DNA from: a virus
Taxonomy: Duplodnaviria; Heunggongvirae; Uroviricota; Caudoviricetes
DNA length: 64,000 nucleotides
Direction: 5' to 3' (one strand)
Virus record (IMG/VR): IMGVR_UViG_3300042894_003937
Part shown: in pieces, positions 45,449 through 53,702 of the stretch
Layout of the letters: each line of letters opens with the position of its first letter
Position numbering within the stretch: the stretch's first letter is position 1
Position numbers and translations under genes: made by a program
The notes under the pieces: model-generated
Databases searched by the model: none
What the model was told of the DNA's origin: nothing
The model's input: only the letters and a program-made list of their open reading frames with translations

Positions 45449-46339
45449 TTACTTATTTATAAAATTTTTCATTTTCCAAGCTTCCAATGTATTTAGAATC
45501 AATCCCGATATAGTCATTGGTCCAACACCTCCAGGTACTGGAGTTATTCTAGCTTTCTTTACAATTTCTTCATAGTCACAATCACCTACTAGTTTACCAT
45601 TATCTAGTTTATTGATACCAACATCAATCACAACTGCACCTTCTTTAATCATATCTGCTGTTACTAAATTAGGTTTACCAACTGCTACAATAACAATATC
45701 TGCTTTTAAACACTCTTCATTTAGAAGCAACTTAGGTGTATTTATATCACACGTGGTTACTGTTGATCTTCCAATGTTAAAATCATTAGATAACATAATA
45801 GAGATAGGTTTACCAACGTGATTTGATTTCCCTATAACAACGACATGTTTTCCTTTTGTTTCAATTTGGTAATACTCTAGAAGTTTCAGAATACCATAAG
45901 CGGTGGCGGGTCTCATTGATTTTTGACCTAAACACATTTTACCAAAGTTAAGTGGATGAAAACCATCAATATCTTTGTAAGCACTTATTTCATTGATAAT
46001 TGGTTCAGGTCGGATATGATTAGGTAGTGGTAGTTGAACTATGAATCCATCGTGGTGAGATTTATTTAGATTTTTGACTTCTAGTAATAAATCATACTCG
46101 GATATAGTTTCATCAAATCTAATTAGGTTGTAGTTGATGTTAGCGGATTCACAAGCTTTTAATTTGGCTTTGACATATGATTCGGATGCGGGGTTATTAC
46201 CGACAAGAATGATTGCTATACTAGGTTTAGCAATTTTATATCCTAATCTGATTTTAGATTCATTTATATGTTCGTCAACTGACTCTTTAATTTGGTTGAT
46301 AATTTTATCTGCTACTAGTTTGCCGTTTAATCTATTCAT
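45449..46339 (-). CDS. folD: bifunctional methylene-THF dehydrogenase/cyclohydrolase
   Basis: Full-length collinearity with FolD: GKHVVVIGKSNHVGKP, PVPGGVGPMT, DVDGFHP. Confidence 0.92.
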   Translation of the reverse strand: MNRLNGKLVADKIINQIKESVDEHINESKIRLGYKIAKPSIAIILVGNNPASESYVKAKLKACESANINYNLIRFDETISEYDLLLEVKNLNKSHHDGFIVQLPLPNHIRPEPIINEISAYKDIDGFHPLNFGKMCLGQKSMRPATAYGILKLLEYYQIETKGKHVVVIGKSNHVGKPISIMLSNDFNIGRSTVTTCDINTPKLLLNEECLKADIVIVAVGKPNLVTADMIKEGAVVIDVGINKLDNGKLVGDCDYEEIVKKARITPVPGGVGPMTISGLILNTLEAWKMKNFINK

Positions 46340-46568
46340 TATTTAATAGTTGATTTAATTTTTGTTCTCTTATATTTTGTATAGTCATAAAGTAGGTAAT
46401 TATTTTACCACTTTCATAACCATAAAGTGAAGGCCAACCTCTCACACCACGATCATTTAGAATGTCTAGGTTAAAACCAGTTAAATCACTTATTAGTTGG
46501 TATTTCTTACCTTTAGTAAAGTTAGCAAATCTGTGATCAACACATACTACCCAATCACCTTTTTTCAT
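46332..46568 (-). CDS. Fam-B small protein (..NIREQKLNQLLNNE)
   Basis: 78 aa; stop overlaps the folD start. Confidence 0.5.
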   Translation of the reverse strand: MKKGDWVVCVDHRFANFTKGKKYQLISDLTGFNLDILNDRGVRGWPSLYGYESGKIITYFMTIQNIREQKLNQLLNNE

Positions 46569-46792
46569 ATCAATTTATCTAATTGTTGTTCTCTCCACTG
46601 TTCTATGGTAAGAAAGTATTTTCTATCTAAAGCATATTCTGTACCTTCTTTAACAAAGAAGTATCTAGTTTTTAGAAATGGTTCAGAATCTTCTGAGTAA
46701 TCATTTCTAGATTTTTCAGTTACATCAATCCATTCACCTAACTTAATACGAAGAGTTCTTAAATGAGTATTTGATACACATATTACTTTCAT
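46565..46792 (-). CDS. Fam-B small protein (MKVICVSNT.., ..EQWREQQLDKLI)
   Basis: 75 aa; 5' 27 nt plus 13 nt upstream identical to the gene at 47138..47383. Confidence 0.55.
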   Translation of the reverse strand: MKVICVSNTHLRTLRIKLGEWIDVTEKSRNDYSEDSEPFLKTRYFFVKEGTEYALDRKYFLTIEQWREQQLDKLI

Positions 46793-47136
46793 ATACCTAG
46801 TTTATTTAATTTCTTCTCTCTTGTCTTATCTATACGATTCAGAAAATCTGGTATATCAGGAACTTCGTGATATTCCCACCACTCTGAACCATCATACTCA
46901 CCTCTTGTTGTCCAAGTACCGTCTTCATACCAAATCATACCATCTAGTTCTTGGCCACCATACCCGTTATTATACTCTCTATCTATATCAGATAAAAACT
47001 GATTATATTCATCTTCGGTGTATCCGGTTGTAAGTGAGAACCTTTCATCTTCATAATCTAACTCTATATAAGCACATTTGATTACTTTACTTTTGGTGTG
47101 TCTAACAAACTCTTCTTTTGCATTTATTATAGCCAT
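46789..47136 (-). CDS. small acidic protein with tail motif (..TREKKLNKLGI)
   Basis: 115 aa. Confidence 0.5.
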   Translation of the reverse strand: MAIINAKEEFVRHTKSKVIKCAYIELDYEDERFSLTTGYTEDEYNQFLSDIDREYNNGYGGQELDGMIWYEDGTWTTRGEYDGSEWWEYHEVPDIPDFLNRIDKTREKKLNKLGI

Positions 47137-47137
47137 A

Positions 47138-47383
47138 TTATATTCCCAGTTTTTCTAATTGGTTATTTCTCCATTTTTGTTTGTAATCTTCTGCCTTGAC
47201 AAAATATCCAGGTGGTATCCATCTTTGTTCTTCCTCAACCCAATTTGAGAAAGTTTCCCAATTATCTATATCAGTTTGCATTACTAATCCAGATAATGTA
47301 TATTCTTTACCTATTACTAGTAATGGTTCGCTTCTTTTATAATTATTTATTACGATAGTATTTGATACACATATTACTTTCAT
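47138..47383 (-). CDS. Fam-B small protein (MKVICVSNT.., ..KWRNNQLEKLGI)
   Basis: 81 aa. Confidence 0.55.
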   Translation of the reverse strand: MKVICVSNTIVINNYKRSEPLLVIGKEYTLSGLVMQTDIDNWETFSNWVEEEQRWIPPGYFVKAEDYKQKWRNNQLEKLGI

Positions 47384-47607
47384 ATACCTAGTTTATCTAA
47401 TTTATCTTGTCTATCTTGTTGAATATCTGCTTCAATAAATTCACCTGTGTGGTTTATAAAGATGTTACACGTATTCGAGAAACCTTTATCACAATTGTGT
47501 TTAACCCCATAGAAGTTTTTACCAATATGAAATACAACACCTTTTACGTTATAGATTTCGGATATCCTTTTGGTTATGATTACGTTATCTCCTATTTTAA
47601 AATTCAT
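47380..47607 (-). CDS. small protein with tail motif (..QDRQDKLDKLGI)
   Basis: 75 aa. Confidence 0.5.
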   Translation of the reverse strand: MNFKIGDNVIITKRISEIYNVKGVVFHIGKNFYGVKHNCDKGFSNTCNIFINHTGEFIEADIQQDRQDKLDKLGI

Positions 47608-47845
47608 CTAATAGTTCTTCTAATTGTTTATTTCTCCATTCTGGTAAAGATATGAAATCTTGTTGTAATACAGTAACCGCATAATTTTTACCATCAATAA
47701 AATCTATTACAATATTTATCTTATCTCCGCTCAGTTGATAATAAACAGGTTGTAATCGTGCTACTTCAAATTGGTCACCTATATTGAAATAATAATCTAA
47801 ATGGTTGAATGAATACAAACATTCTTTAATACATACTACTTTCAT
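47597..47845 (-). CDS. Fam-B small protein (MKVVCIKE.., ..EWRNKQLEELLDEF)
   Basis: 82 aa. Confidence 0.5.
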   Translation of the reverse strand: MKVVCIKECLYSFNHLDYYFNIGDQFEVARLQPVYYQLSGDKINIVIDFIDGKNYAVTVLQQDFISLPEWRNKQLEELLDEF

Positions 47846-48200
47846 CTAATATACTATTTAATTTATTATCTCTTAGTATTTGTGTAAAGTTTACAAAAGT
47901 ATAATCATCCCAATCACCATAGACATCATAGTCCCTATTAGACCTAGAATATAGTTGGTATTCAAATCTTACACCAAATTCCATACTTATTATTCTTTTC
48001 CTTACTAAAATGATAGAACTATGTTTCGTGGATAGAAATTGAGTATATTTTTCAAACATATCTTCTTCTTCACTTTCTTTCCAATCCATCTTCTGATAAG
48101 TAATGCCTTCTTGTTTACTTATCTCGATAAATTGTTTTATATGTTCGAATGTATCACATATAAATGCGGTATTACCGTTTTCTATTATTTCTTTAATCAT
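47826..48200 (-). CDS. hypothetical protein with tail-like motif (..ILRDNKLNSILDESSMY)
   Basis: 124 aa. Confidence 0.5.
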   Translation of the reverse strand: MIKEIIENGNTAFICDTFEHIKQFIEISKQEGITYQKMDWKESEEEDMFEKYTQFLSTKHSSIILVRKRIISMEFGVRFEYQLYSRSNRDYDVYGDWDDYTFVNFTQILRDNKLNSILDESSMY

Positions 48201-48411
48201 TTAAAATCTGATTTATTTTATTATCTCTTAATTGTTGAATTGTAATAAAGCTTTCTTTCCGAAACTGACTTTGTATATTATTATCTGCAATAAGTAAATA
48301 TCCATGTTCATTGATGGATTCCACCTCATATATTTCACCTACTGTTAGAAATCTATAGTGTATAGTATTCGGATTTTCATTTGCCGCAGTTGATATACAT
48401 TTAACTTTCAT
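48193..48411 (-). CDS. Fam-B small protein (MKVKCIS.., ..QQLRDNKINQILND)
   Basis: 72 aa. Confidence 0.5.
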   Translation of the reverse strand: MKVKCISTAANENPNTIHYRFLTVGEIYEVESINEHGYLLIADNNIQSQFRKESFITIQQLRDNKINQILND

Positions 48412-48622
48412 TTAAAATCTGATTTATTTTATTCTCTCTTACCTCTGCGGTCGCATCTTCGAACCATGTATGAATATCATATGTACATTCAAAATCTGCA
48501 TCATTTGTTAGTATGATATAGGTAAGATTACTCCAATCTGATGTCCAGTAACGTTTGACCTCATATACTTTTTGATACGTTAGATTGACTGCCAATGGAT
48601 TCACACACTTAACCCAGTTCAT
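48401..48622 (-). CDS. Fam-B small protein (MNWVKCV.., ..EVRENKINQILNES)
   Basis: 73 aa. Confidence 0.5.
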   Translation of the reverse strand: MNWVKCVNPLAVNLTYQKVYEVKRYWTSDWSNLTYIILTNDADFECTYDIHTWFEDATAEVRENKINQILNES

Positions 48623-48846
48623 TACAATCGTCTTAGTTCAAAGATTTCATCTTCAAAGGTTTTATCTAAATAATCTTGGGCTTCTTGCTCTGAGTCGTCT
48701 TCTAATGATAAACCTAATAGTTCAATTTGTTTTGGTTCATTATCAATGATTTCGTATATGGTAACAAGTTTGCTACCGGTACATTCTAGTACATCGTCTC
48801 CGTAATCTTCTACGGCGATGTCTACTACATAGTAAAATTTTCTCAT
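48622..48846 (-). CDS. small acidic protein
   Basis: 74 aa. Confidence 0.45.
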   Translation of the reverse strand: MRKFYYVVDIAVEDYGDDVLECTGSKLVTIYEIIDNEPKQIELLGLSLEDDSEQEAQDYLDKTFEDEIFELRRL

Positions 48847-48847
48847 A

Positions 48848-49120
48848 TTAGTTTTCTTCTGTTTGTTCTACTTCTTCTACATAAACATCGATTTCATCAC
48901 CATCATCACCTTGATAGTCTAATTCATACTTATATGAATCTTTGACGTAGGTTCCTGGGAAATGTTCTGATTCTGGACTGAATCTAGCTAATCTAGACCA
49001 ATCTTCTGTTGCTTCATAGATTTCTTCTTCTAAGTCTTCTAATGCCAAGTCTGATTCGATTTCTAGTTCAACTCTAACCTGTGCGGTTACATACTGGTTT
49101 AAATAAATTTTGTACTTCAT
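48848..49120 (-). CDS. small acidic protein
   Basis: 90 aa. Confidence 0.45.
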   Translation of the reverse strand: MKYKIYLNQYVTAQVRVELEIESDLALEDLEEEIYEATEDWSRLARFSPESEHFPGTYVKDSYKYELDYQGDDGDEIDVYVEEVEQTEEN

Positions 49121-49121
49121 A

Positions 49122-49394
49122 TTATTGTTTTAGTGTTATTTTTCGTATATCTGGTTTAACAAAACATAAGTCAATACCTTTATTTTGAATTATTTGTTTT
49201 AATTGATCTTCATTCCAATGATTAAGTTGAATAGAAGGTGCTGCAATGTTATGTATCGGTGTTAAAACACTGACATCACCTTCGTCTTCACCTACTGGTG
49301 TAAAGAATATATAATCATTTTCTGATACGTCAAATTGTTCCATTACTAGATTCAATTTATCAATCAGTTGTTTTATTGTTAAAGGTTGTATCAT
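49122..49394 (-). CDS. small hypothetical protein
   Basis: 90 aa. Confidence 0.45.
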   Translation of the reverse strand: MIQPLTIKQLIDKLNLVMEQFDVSENDYIFFTPVGEDEGDVSVLTPIHNIAAPSIQLNHWNEDQLKQIIQNKGIDLCFVKPDIRKITLKQ

Positions 49395-49406
49395 AATTTA
49401 TTTGTT

Positions 49407-49586
49407 TTAAAAATCCTCACTGATTGAATCTAATCTAGATGTCGTATTTACTTTATCCACCTTTTGATTGATAGATTCACATGCAGTTAGATATCCTTTA
49501 ATTTCTTCTTCTGACCAACCTTCAAATGATTGTTCTTTTAAAGTTTTGATATATCGTTTTATCTCTTCAAAATAATAGTTGTTCAT
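49407..49586 (-). CDS. small hypothetical protein (59 aa, MNNYYFEEIKRYIKTLKEQSFEGW..)
   Basis: Hand translation; one residue below the ORF-track cut-off; fills the gap. Confidence 0.4.
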   Translation of the reverse strand: MNNYYFEEIKRYIKTLKEQSFEGWSEEEIKGYLTACESINQKVDKVNTTSRLDSISEDF

Positions 49587-49592
49587 ATTTTT

Positions 49593-50018
49593 TTATAATT
49601 GAATTGGTAATAAGTGTTCTGGTAAGTATTGTTCTGGACAAACGATTGTATAACTATCTATATTGTATTCATACTTTAATAGGTAGTTTATATCTTCCGC
49701 CTTCTTATCATGATAATTGATTATCACATAAGGAATCTTAACTTTATTATCAAGTTTGATACGTATCTTCTGAAAGTCCATTTGTAAGTATCTATATTCT
49801 CCATCAACGGCTCCCATCGCTTTGACATCAGTAGTGGTATAAGTACCAGAACTAGCGGATCCTGCAATCAAAAAGAATGATGCTGATGAATAGGTTTCCT
49901 TTGTCTCACTTTTGACAAGTTGACGTAAAGGAATTTTTTTTGTATGTCTATCTGTATAAGGTTGACCACACGAAGTTAAAAGCACTATGGCTACAAGTAA
50001 AAGGATTAGTTTTTTCAT
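49593..50018 (-). CDS. lipoprotein (lipobox LTSC)
   Basis: MKKLILLLVAIVLLTSCGQ. Confidence 0.55.
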   Translation of the reverse strand: MKKLILLLVAIVLLTSCGQPYTDRHTKKIPLRQLVKSETKETYSSASFFLIAGSASSGTYTTTDVKAMGAVDGEYRYLQMDFQKIRIKLDNKVKIPYVIINYHDKKAEDINYLLKYEYNIDSYTIVCPEQYLPEHLLPIQL

Positions 50019-50029
50019 ATTTATTTTAT

Positions 50030-50278
50030 TTATTTAAGTTGAATCATTGCTATACCTCTGGAGTCATTATACAGAAGTATTTCCTTACCATCTTGTAAGG
50101 TTACTTTGTACAATCCAATACTACGACCATTGGTATGTAATTCACCAGTGATGTATTCGATACTTTTAGCTTTATGATTTTTTGTGGTTACTTCTATAGG
50201 TTCAGTTGGTTTATCTGGTGCGAATAGATCACAAGATGTTGCGGTGATAGCAAGTAATAATAAGATTATTTTTTTCAT
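50030..50278 (-). CDS. lipoprotein (start at MKKIILLLLAITATSC)
   Basis: ORF-track start extended; internal Met followed by signal peptide and Cys. Confidence 0.5.
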   Translation of the reverse strand: MKKIILLLLAITATSCDLFAPDKPTEPIEVTTKNHKAKSIEYITGELHTNGRSIGLYKVTLQDGKEILLYNDSRGIAMIQLK

Positions 50279-50304
50279 ATTTAGTAATTTATTTAATTTT
50301 TTAT

Positions 50305-50691
50305 TTAATTTAATTCCCAACATAAGTCAGATAAAAGTTTATCTCTTTCATCTATCGACTGTATGATTTCTAGTTTATGTTGTTCTGATTTTTCACCATT
50401 ATCTTTCCAACAAGTTTCTTGGTCGAAATCATTTAATGTAGCTGATCTAACTAACTCGTTATAATCTTCATCACGTAGATAACCTTTTAGTGGCATTAAA
50501 CGACCTACACATGTATTCCATGTTAGTTTTCTACCATCATAGGTGATCCAATACAAATCGTGTTCGTCTTCACCTATCGCTACTAATCTTTCGATTTTAT
50601 GGCTTTGAGTGATTACGAACTGGCCTTTTAGTGATTCAAACTCTTGTTTTACTCTTTCTTCTGGTGTCATATTATATTTTTTCGTGTTCAA
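50305..50691 (-). CDS. hypothetical protein
   Basis: 128 aa. Confidence 0.5.
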   Translation of the reverse strand: MNTKKYNMTPEERVKQEFESLKGQFVITQSHKIERLVAIGEDEHDLYWITYDGRKLTWNTCVGRLMPLKGYLRDEDYNELVRSATLNDFDQETCWKDNGEKSEQHKLEIIQSIDERDKLLSDLCWELN

Positions 50692-51043
50692 TTAGTCTAG
50701 AGGCAGTAGCATAATTTGTTGCTAAAGGTATATCATAAACATTACATAGTCTCATAAGCATGTGAATATCTACTGAATGTGGATGTGAAAACATTGGATC
50801 TATAAAGAATAGAACCATATCAATTTTACCTTCTACGATAAGAGTCGCGATTTGTGCGTCTCCACCTAATGGTCCCGACTTCAAACATTCGACTTCTAAA
50901 CCACCTGCGTGTATGATATGTGAACCGGTTGTACCGGTTGCGAATAATTTTACATCTTTTTGTTTAAAGAATTTTAATCGTTTCATAACGAAAGCGACCA
51001 TATCGGCTTTCTTATTATCGTGTGCAATGATTGCTATGTTCAT
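50672..51043 (-). CDS. mgsA: methylglyoxal synthase
   Basis: IALIAHD.., ATGTTG, SGPLGGDAQI and the FF.DP...HPHSVD..L.RL....IP.ATN block are collinear with E. coli MgsA; 123 aa. Confidence 0.85.
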   Translation of the reverse strand: MNIAIIAHDNKKADMVAFVMKRLKFFKQKDVKLFATGTTGSHIIHAGGLEVECLKSGPLGGDAQIATLIVEGKIDMVLFFIDPMFSHPHSVDIHMLMRLCNVYDIPLATNYATASRLIEHEKI

Positions 51044-51091
51044 ATTATATCTTTTTATTTATACAAAGTTACGTATAAAGATTTATATAAC

Positions 51092-51412
51092 CTAATATAA
51101 ATCTTCCGAGTATAAAGTCGTCTTTAACTCTTCAGTCTGACCTGCCATAAAAGCTATTTGACCTGCTTCTTTTCTATCAACAAATCTATTAGTATTGGTT
51201 AAGAACCCTTGTTCGTATTCACCAACACCATCAACCGCGTTTGTGACACTTCTTAGTCCAGTTAAAGAAGCCATAGTCCACATACATTGACCGTGACGAT
51301 GGCCTAGAACAACTAAGCCTTTATCACAGTTTTTTGGTAGAACTTGAGGTATTTCTTTCTTTAAAGGGATTTCTTTGTACCAGATAGCGGCACATAGTAT
51401 GTACTCTTTCAT
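51092..51412 (-). CDS. hypothetical protein
   Basis: 106 aa. Confidence 0.5.
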   Translation of the reverse strand: MKEYILCAAIWYKEIPLKKEIPQVLPKNCDKGLVVLGHRHGQCMWTMASLTGLRSVTNAVDGVGEYEQGFLTNTNRFVDRKEAGQIAFMAGQTEELKTTLYSEDLY

Positions 51413-52044
51413 TAAGCTATATTTAATTCGTTAAGTTTCATTTCTCTTAGAACTTCTAAGTTTATTGATAATGGTTCATTCTTTGAAGCATATCTTTTAT
51501 TATGTTTAATAAGATACTCTTCAATTGTTATTTCATTATCTCCCATATCACTAGGGGATATACCATAAGGAATTACTAGTTTATCACCTAACATGTATGA
51601 ACTAATATAATTCATTTTAAGGTCCCAATCTTTTATCATGGTGTAAACCTTTTGGTAGTTAAGAAAAGCATTGAATAGTACTTCCCATTTAGAGACTAAT
51701 TCTTTTTTAATAATACGCTGGGCTATATCATCTGTTATAGGATAAACTTTATAAGCAAAAACTTGATTATCATATTTAGATGAATAGTGTCTAGGTGTAT
51801 TTATGATGTCGTGTTCAAAGTAGTAGTATTGGTTACCTTGTTTAGTTAAACCATCTCTTATATGGTCGGAAGATCTTGGATAATCTTCGTGTTTTACAAA
51901 AGCGATAGCCGTTTCATCGGTGATTACATCGATGAAAGGTTCGCATTTAGTTAAGGTTTTTATGGATTTATCTCTTATTACTATCATTTTCATATTTTTT
52001 TCTACCCACACATTTTGTTTTTTCTTTTGTGTCCCATAGGTCAC
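51412..52044 (-). CDS. hypothetical protein with tail-like motif (..LREMKLNELNIA); start may be the internal Met at 51993
   Basis: 210 aa. Confidence 0.5.
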   Translation of the reverse strand: MTYGTQKKKQNVWVEKNMKMIVIRDKSIKTLTKCEPFIDVITDETAIAFVKHEDYPRSSDHIRDGLTKQGNQYYYFEHDIINTPRHYSSKYDNQVFAYKVYPITDDIAQRIIKKELVSKWEVLFNAFLNYQKVYTMIKDWDLKMNYISSYMLGDKLVIPYGISPSDMGDNEITIEEYLIKHNKRYASKNEPLSINLEVLREMKLNELNIA

Positions 52045-52171
52045 CTCGTTTATCTTGAGGTATCATATGACAATTATGTGCTTTATCATATTTCTTTGAG
52101 TGTTCGATAATCATATCATTGAATTTATTTCTAACAACCCACGGACATTCTTTACAGGGAGTCTTACACAT
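51968..52171 (-). CDS. small Cys/His-rich protein (possible zinc-binding)
   Basis: MCKTPCKECPW..HNCHMIP; overlaps the neighbour's 5' end. Confidence 0.3.
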   Translation of the reverse strand: MCKTPCKECPWVVRNKFNDMIIEHSKKYDKAHNCHMIPQDKRGDLWDTKEKTKCVGRKKYENDSNKR

Positions 52172-52324
52172 TATTTACGTTTGATTAAAGATAAAAGGTC
52201 TGATAAAATTGGTACAACTAAAAAACATATAATTAGTGCGATACCTGCGGCTGAGTCTGTCATATAATTTCTTTTCACAAAGATAGTAAAAATAATTATA
52301 AAATAAAAATATGTATTGACTAAC

Positions 52325-53035
52325 TTAGGTATTATTATTGATAATAAATTTAGAGCATTCTAATAAAAAATTCATATCCCAAATACTTTTAAACATATTT
52401 ATACTATGCCATACTAATTGAATATTATCTAACTCATAAGTTCCTCCATTCTTTTTGGGATTTATTCTATCTATTGATGGTAATTTTGGACTTCCATTTT
52501 TTAATTCAAAGTCCTGTCCAGTTATTGCACATTTATAATTTTGTTTTTCTAGGACAGACATTAAATCATTTATGGAAAAATAATCCTTTCTATTTCTTTT
52601 ATTCATTAGTGATTGGAAATATTTTTCAAATGAAGAGTATCTATTTAGGTTCAAATTATATTTATTCAAATAGTAATAATCTTTTTTCTGATCTAATGCA
52701 CAATCAGTACAATATTTATGTCCCCATTTAAAGGATGATTCTAGTTTATATTCCTCACATCGATAACATAGAAAATCTCCATTTAAACACTTTAACTCTT
52801 TTAAAACTCTTTTATTTTTATTTCTGACAATCTCTATTCCTTTTTCGACAACTTGGTCTATAGCATCAAATGCGTCATTCCAACTTGGGAAAAATGCAAC
52901 ATGTTTTCCGTCGAATACTAACTGATAAGGATTTTTTGAATATTGTTTACAGTTTGCTATTGTAAGTTTACTAATACCTAAATCTTTTTTCTTTTGAAAA
53001 AGTATTTTAGTTTCGTTTGTCCATTTCTTTCCCAT
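52325..53035 (-). CDS. HNH endonuclease (free-standing, homing-endonuclease-like) with N-terminal Cys-rich module
   Basis: CAITGQDFELKNGSPKLPSIDRINPKKNGGTYELDNIQLVWHSIN is an HNH-type motif; CYRCEEY..CTDC Zn-finger-like. Confidence 0.7.
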   Translation of the reverse strand: MGKKWTNETKILFQKKKDLGISKLTIANCKQYSKNPYQLVFDGKHVAFFPSWNDAFDAIDQVVEKGIEIVRNKNKRVLKELKCLNGDFLCYRCEEYKLESSFKWGHKYCTDCALDQKKDYYYLNKYNLNLNRYSSFEKYFQSLMNKRNRKDYFSINDLMSVLEKQNYKCAITGQDFELKNGSPKLPSIDRINPKKNGGTYELDNIQLVWHSINMFKSIWDMNFLLECSKFIINNNT

Positions 53036-53104
53036 ATATATTGTTTTTAATTTTATATATTATTTCTCACAATACCTATACTGATTTTTATTGAAAAAAA
53101 AATT

Positions 53105-53116
53105 TATATATACTTA
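53105..53116 (+). promoter_or_regulatory. TATATATACTTA box abutting the ATG
   Basis: Motif variant. Confidence 0.3.
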
Positions 53117-53701
53117 ATGAAACATTTGAAAACATTTGATGAGATTACCGAATCTTATAATAAACCAAGAGCTGGTGGTAAGAAACGCTGGTCGGTCAAA
53201 TATAAGAAGTCAATAAATTGCTCTAATGCAAAGGGGTTTTCTCAAAAGCAGTATTGTAAGAGGAAAAGAAAAGGTGGTTCTTATAAGAATGAGTCTGTTG
53301 AATCTGTGATGGGTGGTTTAATTCAAAAAGTTGGTAAGGTTATTGAAGGTGTTGATGAATTGTGTGAACAACATTTAGTTTACTTACAGGATGATGGGTT
53401 TAAATATTTCATTGATATAAATGAAGATCTAAACAGTGATTTATATAATCAAGGTGATGTTATCTTTATTTTAGAGAGAAATCGAGAAGAATTTTCTTGG
53501 GATCAGGTCAAGGATAGGTTTATACCATTTTTGATTATGTTGAAAAGGGATTTCAAACCGTTATCAGATATTGAATTCGCTTTGGGTACTAACTGGAGGT
53601 ATGCGACTAATAATGAGAAGTTTGAAATAAATCTTCTTATAAATGATGCTATTGATTCGTATAGTAACATAGTAGAAATAATTATAAAGATAAACGTATA
53701 A
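53117..53701 (+). CDS. Fam-A paralog with basic N-terminal insertion
   Basis: MKHLKTFDEI..ELCEQHLVYLQDDGF..DQVKDRFIPFLIML. Confidence 0.6.
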   Translation: MKHLKTFDEITESYNKPRAGGKKRWSVKYKKSINCSNAKGFSQKQYCKRKRKGGSYKNESVESVMGGLIQKVGKVIEGVDELCEQHLVYLQDDGFKYFIDINEDLNSDLYNQGDVIFILERNREEFSWDQVKDRFIPFLIMLKRDFKPLSDIEFALGTNWRYATNNEKFEINLLINDAIDSYSNIVEIIIKINV

Positions 53702-53702
53702 T

